A stretch of 64,000 bases of DNA from Pseudogymnoascus verrucosus (lineage: Eukaryota), in NCBI GenBank assembly GCA_001662655.1, contig KV460231.1. One strand, given 5' to 3'. Positions 11,801 through 24,213 of this stretch are shown here, piece by piece. The translations under genes were made by a program, and so were the position numbers. Every line of letters begins with the position of its first letter. Positions within the stretch are counted from its first letter, which is position 1. The notes beneath the pieces were generated by a model, which saw nothing but the letters and a program-made list of their open reading frames with translations, had not been told where the DNA came from and searched no databases.

Positions 11801-12454
11801 GCACGGAACAGGCACGAGGCTGTATTTAAGCTGCTGCTTGATATAGGCAAGGTCGATGCCGACTCTAAGGATAGATTTAGCTGGACGCCACTATACTGGG
11901 CTGCACGGAATAGGCACGAGATCGTTGTTAAGCTGCTGCTCGATATAGGCAAAGTCGATGCCGATTCTAAGGACAGATATGGCTAGACGCCGCTGTTCTA
12001 GGCTGCACGGACTAAGCACGAGATCGTTGTCAAGCTGCTGCTTAGTACAGGCAAAGTCGATGCTGATTCCAAGGACAGAGTTGGTTAGACGCTACTATTT
12101 TGGGCTGCACGGGACGGGCACGAGGCTGTCATCAACCTACTGCTTAATACAGGTAAGGTCAATGCCGACTCTAAGGATGAAGATGGCCGAACGCCACTAT
12201 TCTAGGCTGCACGGGACGGGCATAAGGCCGTCGTTAAGCTGCTGCTCGATATAGGCAAGGTCGACGCCGATTCTAAGGATAGACATGGTGAGACGCCGCT
12301 AATCTGTGCTGCATAGAAGGGGCATGAGGCTGTCGTTAAGCTACTGCTCAATATAGGCAAGGTCTATGCCGACTCTAAGGACAGAGATGGCTAGGCACCG
12401 CTGTTATTAGCTGCTAAGAACGGGCACGACTTGGTCATGCGGCAACTTGAGTAA
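8840..12454 (+). pseudogene. NLR-like gene: SesA/HeLo-like N-terminus, NACHT (GPI-deacylase-type winged helix), ~15-16 ankyrin repeats; inactivated by RIP
   Basis: MSFRFSVGDF start; GTGQWLL; Walker A GIPRAGKT (likely GIPGAGKT before RIP, ~9503-9526); Walker [31 protein letters not shown]...[12 protein letters not shown]; ankyrin TPLxxAAxNGH repeats; introns ~8950-9002 and ~10102-10149; many TAG/TAA stops. Confidence 0.9.
10935..12430 (+). repeat. Tandem array of 15 highly similar 102-bp (34-aa) ankyrin-coding repeats
   Basis: The motif gay-tct-aag-gay recurs every 102 bp from ~10943 to ~12371. Confidence 0.9.
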
Positions 12455-13697
12455 TCGCAAGACTCACTATCATGAAATAATGACCAAATTACCTCCCCCC
12501 TACCCACCTCTGTTATAGCTAGCCTCCTTTAATACTCATTTTAGTGCCGCAGTTTATACATACCATTGAATTATAAATGCTTTGAAATCAGTAGGTCACA
12601 AAACGAATGACGATATGGCAAATAAGCCCGCCACCCATATTCCTAGGGTGGAGGTGATCGGATATTCAATTTTCTAGTGCAGCTGCGAGGTCACGCCTTT
12701 ACCTCATGTGTTGTGGTTTGTGTTAGGGTGGAGGTACGGTACGGTACGATGCTGTGCTGTGCTATTGCAAATGCAAAACCGACTTTTTTCATATATATCC
12801 CACGTATCAAGGCAGTTCCGCTTCGAGCGCTAGATAGTGAAAGACGTATCTATACGATATTTGCAGTATCATGTCCATCCTTGCGCTGCACAGGTCAGCG
12901 TTGCCTAAGTCGGCGTCGCTGTTCGTTAGGTAGTTAGTCGGAAGGATTAGATAACTCGGTAGGGACATCGATGTTGTTAGCGGTGTCGAGTGGCTCCGTC
13001 GTAAGCATCGCTTGGTAGTTTTGGTCAGACGTGTCGAGTGCGGTGGTGGAGGTGCTAATTGTGGATTCCGAAGTTTCTGCAACCGGTTAGAAATGGGTAT
13101 TAGGAAGAGCTGCGTGAGAAAAGTGTAGCATAAGCCATTTGGGCTGACCAACTCGCTCGCTGGCTGTAAGACTTGTGTCAGGCACAGTCCTGATCAACTA
13201 TACACAGCCAAATAATGTCAGAAGCGAGTGTACATCGTAAGAATTGGGGGTGGTTTACGCTAACTAAAAATCGCTAGTCGCTTTGCCTGTAGGTATTAAT
13301 TCGCGTGTCAGCCATGCATGAATTTGCGCCTTGTAGCAGCCACACGGTTGATGACGATCTCCCGCGTGGTTGTGAGAGCTTAGAGCTCAGGTACAATTCC
13401 TTTACATGTTTTGGGAATAGTAAGAGCTTGATGGTGGAGCTGTGGTGGAGGAACCCTGTTACGCGATAAAAGCAGACCCTCTGCAAATCTGCCATGAGGG
13501 CGATGACGCAAACATAATGTTCTAGAAGAGGGATCTGGGGTGTTCGGGGTGGCTAGAATACGATGTGAGCAAAATTATAGGAGATGTTGATATGCATATC
13601 TCTCAAGCAAAGGAGAAAGCGGCCGATTTGGCAGATATTGGCCACTTTTTGCTCCAGTTTGAGAGGGCAACTTAAAGTCCAATTCGGAGTATATCAG

Positions 13698-14179
13698 GGG
13701 GCACGGAACCCCACAGCAAGGCTTCGCAGGCCGCCACACACAGCCACAGCTCAGCAGCCACAAGCTCCTTGATCGCTTAATTTGGAGGTATCAACCCATG
13801 TGGCAACGTCGTATGACACAGCACTCCCTGGTCACCACAATGCTGAAAAATCATTTTCAGCTTTGTGGTGAGGCTCGGAAACCCAGATCAAAGTATTATA
13901 TGAGTTTGAAAGGCACAAAGAAGCTGGTGGTGGTGCTGCAGGTCGAGGGGTTCTATTATGTTTCAATTGACGCCCTCCTCAATTAGGCGCAACGGCCACG
14001 GCGTGATTGTAAATTATAAAGTAGCTGGGGCTTGGACTGTTCAGGAGTGGTTATACAACACGACTGTCACAAAAATACTGGAATTTTCAATGGATTCACA
14101 AATTTAGGATCAATTGAATTCAAAGTACCAGTATTTGTCCCGTTACGAGGTGCGTCCCTCGATGCAGGGATGCACGTTA
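13698..14179 (-). repeat. Right TIR of element 2 (family copy D, least RIP-mutated)
   Basis: Reverse complement aligns with 8151-8632 and retains CpA/TpG sites that are TpA in copies A and B. Confidence 0.9.
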
Positions 14180-14630
14180 ACTCTAAATTTGTAAATCCAT
14201 TAAATGTTTTCTATATTTTTGTGTTAACGCATGCATTGTGGCTGACTAGAAATATCAGAAGACTTCGATAGCGATGATATAGTACCCATCATTTCTTCAG
14301 GCACTATTATTCTGAATACTTATTCTTTACCCTAAATTGAAGTATCCTCTGCTAGATAATAAGGCACATGTATCTTGGGGGCAGAAGCCGTCAACTCTCA
14401 GGGACTTTCGAACGCCAGCCTAAACCTGACCAAAGTGATCAGACGCACGGCCAGCGATCTGACATATCAGCAGCTGGTCAAGTCTTTCGGTAGCATCCTT
14501 AGGCATCTCGCCAACAACATCTTGCAGGTCGCGGCAAACCCTCTTCCATTACATCACCCATCGAAGAATATCCATTGAAATATCAACAACACTTGTGCCT
14601 ATACTAGATTTGCACACCAACCGTAAAGCG

Positions 14631-17600
14631 CTAAAAATTCCACTGTTTCATCCAGATCGCCATCCACTGCGGCCCAACTACTTCTAATGCTTCCAAACTA
14701 TTGCTTGCAGCCACAGCTTGCCGCACGTCTAGTCGTGCAATACTCCCCGACCTCGTCGTGCTTTGCCTATGGTGAAATTCTACTAGAGTGAGCGCCGGGT
14801 TCCTTGTGACACGGAGGGCCGGATCTGTTGCGGAGGCCTGCAGGGCGTCTATCCATACCGTAAAGGGCACAATTTGGATGTTTGTCTGCCCTCGATTGAG
14901 ATGAGCCTGCACGGTTGGGAGAAGGGTCTTCCAGCTTGTGATGCGTGGATTCAGGACATGGTAAACCCGCGGTTTGACAGGCGGCTTGGTCTCAGAGGCT
15001 CCTACCAACTCGACTATGATTTTCGAAAGAACGTCAACGGGAATCCAATCCACCGTGTCAATGGCACCAAGGGTCTCGGGGAGCAAGCCAAGGTACTTGG
15101 AGCTGGACACTAAACTCGGGAGCCATTCTCGCTTGTTCCACACGCCCTGTTCCTGAGTCGGTCCAGCGATTTGGCCAACGCGGATCACAGTTACGGGGAC
15201 AGCGGATCTCGCACTTGCGAGATCCAGCAGGCGCTCTGCAACGTGCTTTGACTCACAATATCCAAGGGGGGTAGCGGCACTGTAGTCATAGATGATTTCC
15301 TCGGGGACCTTGCCAGTATGATTTTCAAGCCAATTGGTGACAGTGGAAGCGCTAGAGATGAAGTAGAAGTTTGCTGCCTTCTTAGACGCGACGCTAAGAT
15401 CAATTAAGTGCCGCACGCCACGGATATGAACATCGAAAGACTCAATCGATGATACGAAGTCGACTTGCCACGCGTTATGAATAATGTGCGTTGCGGACGA
15501 CAGCAGCAATCCGTACTCATTTGCTGTCAGTCCCAGCTCACGCTCACCCAGGTTGACCTGGTAAAATTCTACGCGGTCGGCAGCGAGGTTGGTGGTCAAT
15601 CCACGCCCCGTGTTGATGTCGACCTGCCGTTGGTGACTACAAACAGATCGATTGAGGCATATGACCTTACCCACCTTGGGATGCGCGAGCAAGGATTCTA
15701 GTAGATGAGAGCCCAGGGATCCAGTAGATCCGGTTAGAATGACGCTCCATGTATCATCCTGCACAGGTGAATGCCGAGCGACTGGCAGATCCATCGAATA
15801 TTTTTCAACCAGTGCTCGCATCTTCTGCGCCCGAGACTCCTCCACTAGGTTTTCCGAGTGGCCAACACGACCTGGGTTGAACTGGATGCCTTCAATGGCT
15901 TCGATGCCTTCGCCTTCTAATATAATCGCACTGAGCAACTGGGACTTCAATGCAACCCTGCGCGATAGTACGAGGAGGGAAGCGTTTCCAAGGATCTCGA
16001 ACAACGGCACATCCGCCTTCATCTCGCGCAACATCCAGTTGCGAAGCTCGACTGCGACGAGTGAGTCCACACCATATGCTGCTATTGGACGGTCTGAGTT
16101 GATATCGTCCCTTGGTATCATGAGAGATTTGGACAGCTTAGCTATGATCGCCTCGCATACGATCTGTGACGCCTCGGAGGTAGTTTTGGCTCTCTCCAGG
16201 GAATGGCGAACGCTTACGGCTGTATCAGTGGGTTCGCCCAGCAGCGTGGCCGACCTGGGGAGGAGATGAGAGAATTTGGGATCTCGAAACCAGAAAGGGA
16301 TATCACCAGTGGGCGCGGTCTGGCCAAGCTTCGAATCTAGTATTTCGCGCGTATACAGTCCGGTGACGATCTGACAAGCCTGATCTCCGCCAGATCGAGT
16401 GATTGCAGATTGCAGTATGGCCATTAGTTCCTCCACGTGGATGTCGGCATAGCCTTGCCTCTTTAGGCTTGTCCGAGCCCCTTCATTCTCGGACACGAAC
16501 CCCGCCCCTACGATGACGCCAAGGTCCAGAGTAACTGCAGGAAGCCCTTGTGCGGTCCGGTAATGTGAAAGGGCATCTTGGAAGGAGGATGCCGCCGCAT
16601 AGTTGCTTTGGCCAGGGTTGCCCGATACGCTGACGGCAGAGGCAAGCATCACAAAAAAATCGAGCTCCGACTTGGAAAGTTGTTCGTGGAGATTCCAGGA
16701 ACCTTGGACTTTGGGACGAAGAACTCGCTCGTAGTCTTCGACTCCCATCTTCTCATACAGGGTATCCTACCTAGTGTTAGTTAAACCGCGATAGTGGATA
16801 GGGAAGAGCGCACCTTCAAAACCATGGCGCACTGTATAACGCCACGGATTGCAGGCATTCGCCTGGCGATTTCCTCCAAAGCTTTCGCCAACTGTGCTTC
16901 ACTACTGACATCGCAGTTATAGGTTGCGACGTTCACCCCTCCTTCCTCGAGGTCCCTCACAATCTGCCTCGCGCTCTCTTTATCCAGACCACTGCGAGAG
17001 AGAAATATGATGTTCTTCGCGCCGTGCTGCATCATCCAACGAGCAATCGCTCTCCCGAGACCACCCAGTCCACCCACGAGCAGGTAGGAAGCATCGTCTC
17101 GGAAATATGGCTGGACTACAGCTCGTGGTATAACCTAGATAGTCAGTCAGATTCTCATTTGGAAGTGGGATATTATACCTTGACTTGATCCTCTGCCTTT
17201 GGTATCACGACTATCTTCCCGGTATGCTTCCCCGATTGCATCAGACGGAAAGCAGCCTCAATTTCCGACATGGAGAATACAGTGATTGGCGTGATTGGGC
17301 TCAGCACCTTTCCCCGGAACATTTTCATGATTTCAGACAAGGTCTTGGCTCCGTGAGACATCCTGTGGTAGAAGATGGCCTCCAAATCAATCGAGGCAAA
17401 CGTCACATGGCGCATAAACGGCGCCATTTCCAGGCGACTGTTTGCAATCATATCACGCTTACCGATTTCAACGAACCTACCAAACATGGCCACGCAGTGC
17501 CATGTTTGTCGAAGGGCCTCGCCAGCCAGGGAGTTTAAAATAACGTCGACGCCCCTGTTGTGGGTCATCCTCATGATCCCGGCGGCGAAGGAGGTGTCTC

Positions 17601-20600
17601 GACTCGAGAAGATATGGTCGCCAGGAATACCGTATTGTTCCATGAGGAACTTCTTCTTGTTCGCCGTGCCCACAGTGACAAATATCTCAGCGCCGATCAA
17701 GCGAGAGAGCGCAATGGCAGCTTGGCCAACACCTCCTGCAGCACTGTGGATCAAGACCGACTCCCCTCTCTGGAGACCGGCGGTGTCATACAACGAGATG
17801 TAGGCTGTACAGTACGCAACGGGTATCGATGCAGCCTCCTCAAACGTCATATCATCAGGTATTCGCTGGACGACGGCTCCAGCGGTGCGGAGAGAGTTGC
17901 TAAATGCACCACCTGCCCAAGCACACACTCGATCACCCACGATGAAGCCTGCGACGTTCTTTCCAAGCCGAGTGAGGACGCCGCTGCACTCGCAGCCTAA
18001 AGGCTCTTCTGTAATCTGGCCCATGGAGATCATGATATCGTGAAAGTTGAGACCGCACGCTCGTATCTCAATCTCCACCTCATCGTCTGGCAATGGAGGA
18101 GCCATTGTTGGATTATCCACAAACCTGAGCGTATCCAAGAGGCCGGGTTTTTCGATCTCCAAGCGGAGAAAACGGTTCGGTTGTTGGAAAGGTTGGATTT
18201 CAGCGCTTAACTGCCTAGTAGCGGCCATGACAGACTTGTTCATAGAGATATCCTCCAGGACACGGGGAATGAAGATGGCCCCATCCCTCTCAGCAAACTC
18301 AACGTCACAAATCTGCTCCTCGGCGTTGAGATCGAATGCTGATCTGAAGACGTCAAGAATGACCTGCGCAGCTCCTTGCTCATCTAGCTGTCTCTGGGCA
18401 TCAAGATCAAGAGTGACAAACTTCGAAGCTTGGCTCTCACACCTCAGCGCACGTGCCAGTCCGGTGATAAGACTGACGGCTGGTGTCTCGCAGAGAACAG
18501 TACCACCACGAGACAGCCACAATACACCTCTGGCTGTTGAGAAGATACCCTTGATGTGGTCAAATTGGTCGGGTTGAGGTTGCCTCAACAGCGGCGTATG
18601 CAGCTCGCCCAGAAAAATGCAGACTTTGCCATCTCCCTGAGCATCTTCCAATGAGGAAACGGCAATACACTCCCCGGTTAAGCTTTCAAGGGATGCCCTG
18701 AGAGCATCGAGAGACACTCCCACCGGCGATCCATCGTGAACTATTAGAGCTGCGGGGTATCTCGGCTCGTGGCCATCAGTGGCTGTTGACGCTATCAGGC
18801 TCGTCAGATGATCCTGCTCGCTAGGATAGTCCCATACGCAAACATCCAGACCAGTGAAGCCTTGTCGCTGAAGCAAAGTCCCCCAACTATCTTCAGACAG
18901 AGTAGGGCCCATCTTTCGGCACTCTTCTGTACCTAAAGGGATGGTCAGAGTTGAGGAGAATACGAAGTGGTCATTTCTTACCTAACCACCAACCTGGCAG
19001 GGTCCCAAATACCACCGACGCACGTAGCAGGACGTGAGTAATCTCAAGGAGGATAATCTTTCCGTTTGGCTTAAGCAGCTTCCGGACATTCTTCATTGTG
19101 TTGTCCATATTCCGCGTTGCGTGCAGAACATTGGCGGCGATAACCAAGTCGTATTTGCCGTTCTCGAAACCTTGGGTGACAGGATCACACTCAATATTGA
19201 GCTTTTTGAAGCTGATCAAGCCCCCCCAGTCGGCGAACTTTTCCTGGGCCTTTTCAAAAAATCCGCTGGAGATGTCAGTAAAGTCGTAATGGATGAAGCG
19301 GGCGCTTTTGCCACTATAACCTCCAAGTGTTTGTAGGACTGGCAGTGTGCCACCCCCTGTGCCCGCCCCTATCTCTAGAATACTCATGTTCGGCCGCTTG
19401 TGGGCTAGCTTGTCGACGTAGCTGGCTACTTGGATAGAGTAGCGGTCTGCACCGATGGCTTTACCATAAAACTCGTGGAGAAGGTCATCCTCGAGCATCA
19501 ATTCCAGAGGCTGGATTTCTCTCCTCAGGATCCGAGCCAGGCTTCCACCTACTCGACAGAGCAGCTGACCGTCGACACTTGAAGCCTGTGCCACACTCAA
19601 GGTCTCTTTTCTCTGTTCGAGCCCAGCTGCTAAGCCAAGCGCAGTTACGTGCTTGAGCCCTCCCTCAGTCGCCAGCTTGCACTGGTATTTCATCCAATTG
19701 TAGTAGAGCTGATGATGTGCCTCCATACTCTGGTAATCCGCATCCGTGAGGACTTCCAAGGCATCTTGCATGTAGTAAACAGACGCGAGTTCAAGATTGG
19801 AGATGGTGGCCGAATCAGTTGGATCTTGTTCTGCGCCCCACAGCCTCTTAGCGGTCTCGCGCTTGATTGAGTCGACGTCCGGCTCCCAACATAGCTTGAA
19901 GCAGAGTCTTCTAGCTTCCTCCTGGTCGACAGGGTTGGTATTTCTAAGAAATACGCAGGTCAAGCCCTTTATCTCAATAACGGGCTTCGAATTCAGCTCC
20001 GAGGCATCCACGACACCAATCGTAGCCTTGACTTCGCGAGCGCCATTGCGAGATGCAGACGCATGCACGAGGAATCTGTGTCCAGGAGAGTTGTTGATAT
20101 CTCGGGAGATGAAGAGCTCCCCAATGAATGTTGGCAACACGGGATCCTGCAGCTGAGCATTCCCTCGTGTCAATGCGGGGAAGATAGCTTGAAAAACTGC
20201 ATCGAGAGTTGCAGGATGCACCACGTGGGGATATTCAAAGCGGTGAGGCATGACGGCGCTCGTGTCAGGAATTGACACGGTACAGAGAGCTTGGTGAGGA
20301 CCTTGTCGGATGTTGACGAAATTTCGAAACGTATCTCCGAACTGGACCCCTGCGGACTCGAGCGATTCGTAGACGTTCCCGATATCGACGCTCTCTGTAC
20401 AAAGTGACACAGCATTTGCGAATCTCAGCTGACTCGAAGTCTCTGCCTCCTCCGCCTGTCGACCCCCATCGACTTCTGTGGGCTGTGAGGCGATCTCAGT
20501 CAAAATGAAGCCTCGGCAATGCTCACTCCACCCTTCCTGTCCATTGTGTGAGAAGACGCGAAACTCCTGCCACGTCTCTAAGGAGCTGAGATTATTGTCG

Positions 20601-23600
20601 GTAGATGGCCGCAGGGTGAAGCTTGTTTCAATGCCCTCAGCAGTCTCTGGGATAACAAGCGCTTTGCTAAACCTGACATCTCGCAGCCTATACCCAGTGA
20701 CTAGTTCGCCCTGTAGGCCTTTACATTGGAGAGCAGCTTCGATAGCCATAGCGACAAAACCTGCTGCCGGATATAGAATGCTCGACTGTATTTTGTGGTC
20801 CTTCACCCAGGGGATGTCGGAGACGCGAATGATGTTTCGCCACTTAGGCTCCAGATCGTTGAAGTCGGGGACGGGAGCGCCAAGAAGATCGTGACGAGGA
20901 TGCTGTCTAAAGCGATAATTCAAGCTCAGGCGAGATTCGTGCCAGTGACTAGCCATGTGGTTCCACGGATATGGAGGCAAGTCGACGATGACCTGCCGAG
21001 ACTCGGCGCCATTGGGAAAGTTGACTGCATCTAGATCGACCGGATATCCACTCGCAAACAAAGTGCAGACTAATTGCAGCGCTGCGCGTACTGCATCTGT
21101 ATTTCGAACCAGCGTCGGTGCATAAGCAATCCCAGCGCCCCGCAACTCCGAAGTGGCCAGGGTTTGTTTAATAGGTCCAGCGAGCGCAGAGTGTGGGCCA
21201 ATCTCAACCAGTAAGTCAACCGCGACTCCCGAGGCGTCAAGACGGTACTGGGGATCTCTTCCAGGCTCGAGGCATAAATTACGCAGAGACTCTGAAAAGC
21301 GCACGGGCGAGACCATGTGCCTCACCCAATAAGGCGCGTCCAGCTCCGTTGATTCGGCAAGGTTGCCGGTCACTGAGCTCCAATAACCGATAACCGTGGA
21401 GGAGTTGGTGCTCAATTCTCTCAATGCCAGGAGGTAGTCGTTTTCGATGCTTTGCATATGGTGCGAATGATAAGCCGTGTCAATTTTGAGCTTCCGAGCG
21501 AAGATTCCTTCGCATTCCAGCATTTTGTGCAGCTCATCAACAGCAGCAGCATCTCCAGAGACCGTGACACTAAGGGGGCTGTTGATACAAGCGACAACGA
21601 TCCGACCAGAAGTTATAGTGGATATATGGGTCTCAGCATGCTCTTGCGACAAGCCAACAGCCATCATTGCGCCTTGAAGCTGTGTGGACTTCTCCGCCAT
21701 AGTCATGGTGAGAAGTCCTCTAAAGTAGGATATCGATATAGCTGATTCCATGGTTAAGGCATTTGCGGCGTAGGCAGCCGCAGCTTCACCACTTGAGTGG
21801 CCCACTACTGCGATAGGTTTAACACCCCATGAGGCAAGTAGGTCCACCAGCGCTATTTGGATCGCGGTCGACAGCGGTTGACTTATGGAGGCAATATTCA
21901 CACGTGTACTTTGTGCATCCCGGCTCAGTTCATCTGAGTACTCTATTAGCTTATGCAGAAAGGTAAGAGACGAGACGGACGTACCAAAGATGGACCAAGT
22001 CGCCCCGAGGATTTCCAGGTGACTTTGAGCGGCGACCAAAGCGGATTTAAAGATGGGATACGCATCGATCAACTCCCGGCCCATCGCGTACCACTGCGCC
22101 CCTTGGCCCGTGAAGACAAAACCGAGCCTGGGAACTTTCGAAGTTCTGCTAGGCTTGATTTGCCCTTGGAGAGTCTTGAGCAAGTCGGCTGGTGAATTTG
22201 CTGGAACCGCTACTTTCCATGGCAAGACAGAGCGGCGTTGGCCAAGAGTGTACGCAAGGTCGATCAACCAGTTGCTTGGTTGGGCGACCATTTTTTCCTG
22301 AAGATAGTCTGTCAAGTTTCTAATGAGCAACTCGCAGCATTGCTGGTCGTTTGAAGTCAGGACGAAGACTCGTCCTCGATCGTCTCCTCCGCATATCGAT
22401 GCGTCCTGAGCAGCAGCTACCAGCGGTGGAGCCGTACGATGGGATCCTTTCCAGCCGCGCGAGGACAAATAGTGGTAAGAGTCCTCCAAGATCGCGTGCG
22501 CATTAGTGCCACCGAATCCAAAACTATTGACGGATACCCGACGAGGGCCAGCGGATGGCCAGGGCTCCAGATGCAGTGGTACCTTGATAAATTAGCTCTC
22601 GTACTAGAGTGGAAGAGTGTTATACCGTCAGGTTCCATTCCTCGAGCGGGATACGCAAGTTAGCCCGCTCGAAATTCAAGCTAGGCGGGATGAGACCTTT
22701 CTCAAGCATCATGACAGCTTTGATTATGCCAGCAAGACCGCTCGCACCCTCCAGATGACCAACATTGGTCTTGATGGAGCCTATCCGGAGAGGCTTGTCC
22801 GCCGGTCTTCCAAGCCCAAGCGTATTTGCGATCGCCGCTGCCTCGATCGGATCCCCAGCTGGTGTTCCCGTACCATGCCCTTCAACGTAACCTGTGTCAA
22901 GAGGATCGAGACCAGCTCGAAGATATGTCGACTTAATAAGACGTTCTTGCGCCTCGCCACTTGGCAGTGTGATACCGGACGTCCTTCCGTCTTGATTCAC
23001 CCCGCTCTCTCTAATCACAGCCCGGATTGGGTCGCCGTCACGAATGGCGTCGTTCAGGGGTTTCAAGACAATACAGGCCACACCCTCTCCACGGGCATAA
23101 CCAGTTGCACGGTGATCAAAGGTGTAACACTTGCCATCCGGTGAAAAGAATCTGCCATTCATCGTGAGCCGCGGATTAAATTTTAAAGACGTTCATTCTT
23201 CTCATACCTCATCGGAGTCATCTTTATCATCATATCAGGGCTGAATATCAAGTTGGCGCCTCCAACAATTGCTTGCTTCGACTCTCCGCAGCGTAGGCTT
23301 TGACACGCCAGGTGCACCGCAACTAGGCTTGCAGAGCAGGCAGTATCAACAGCGATGCTTGGGCCATTAAGGTTGAAGAAATACGATATGCGATTGGCCA
23401 TGATTGATTGGGCATTCCCGAGGGCTTGATATAGTGGACCCCTCTCCGGATCACGCTCTAGCATTTCGGTGTAGTCTTTGGTAAATGATGCTGTAAAGAC
23501 CGACGTGTTGCTTCCACTGAGATTTCCTAAGGGGATTCCGGCTGGCAAAATATTAGAGAATATGAATTACTTAGATGATTGGGAGTTACCATTTTCCAGA

Positions 23601-24213
23601 GCTTCATAGGCGCACTCTAGCTGCATCCTCTGCTGAGGATCCATTGCCTGATATCATAAGTAGTGGTCATGCCAACATCACAGCATATATCTCACCTTCG
23701 CCTCGTTTGGACTAACGTTGAAGAACTGAGCATCGAAACGAGAGAGATCTTGCTTAAGAAAATAGCCACCCCGGGTGTTCATCTACAGGTCAAGAGTCAG
23801 AGTGGCAAGCGAGGAATCTGATGGTAGGGCCATACGACACCGTTTCTATCTATATTCGGATGATAGAACGCGCTCGCATTAAACCTATCCGCAGGAAATT
23901 CGGACCAAGCATCCCGAGCCTCTGAGCAGAGCTCCCAGAGTTTCTCAGGGCTTGTAGCATCACCCGGAAAACGGCAGCTCATACCGATGATGGCAATGGG
24001 CGTCCGTGCATCCTTGACACTACTATCAATGAGGCTCATGGGGACAGTACTAAGTCTATCCGGTCCTCCATCAAAATCATTGACGGGAGAGGTAGATGCT
24101 GATATGCTACTGGCATGGCTATTCGCCCCTCCTCCAGAGCTAGCTATCTCGTGCGTCTTGAAGGAAAGGCAGTCAGCCGCGCCAACGTGTTTCGGTTCAG
24201 TTGAACGTTGCAT
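14631..24213 (-). CDS. Highly reducing iterative type I polyketide synthase with C-terminal thioester reductase (KS-AT-DH-cMT-ER-KR-ACP-R), ~10 exons
   Basis: [60 protein letters not shown]. c[78 protein letters not shown] pieces are joined by ~9 GT-AG introns (e.g. 23835-23783, 23695-23648, 23589-23542, 23207-23152). No premature stops seen. Confidence 0.95.

Larger units (their letters stand above)
8151..14179. mobile_element. Non-autonomous long-TIR DNA element (element 2) carrying a NACHT-ankyrin NLR-like gene
   Basis: Begins TAACGTGCATCCC (8151) and ends GGGATGCACGTTA (14179). The ~482-bp arms 8151-8632 and 13698-14179 are inverted homologues. No transposase recognised inside. Confidence 0.82.

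Noticed and set aside
10935..12430. Regular array as a possible CRISPR-like locus
   Set aside because: Eukaryotic context; the 102-bp units are contiguous in-frame ankyrin codons with no unique spacers.
12830..13500. Possible second, minus-strand cargo gene in element 2
   Set aside because: Intron-like signals and a Ser/Thr-rich frame exist, but there is no coherent gene model or recognisable motif.
3430..14195. 8-10 bp target-site duplication (Mutator/hAT/Academ-type) for the TIR elements
   Set aside because: Flanks (aaagttaat / ggcgtgtcc and ataggaga / actctaaa) do not match; only the TA is shared.
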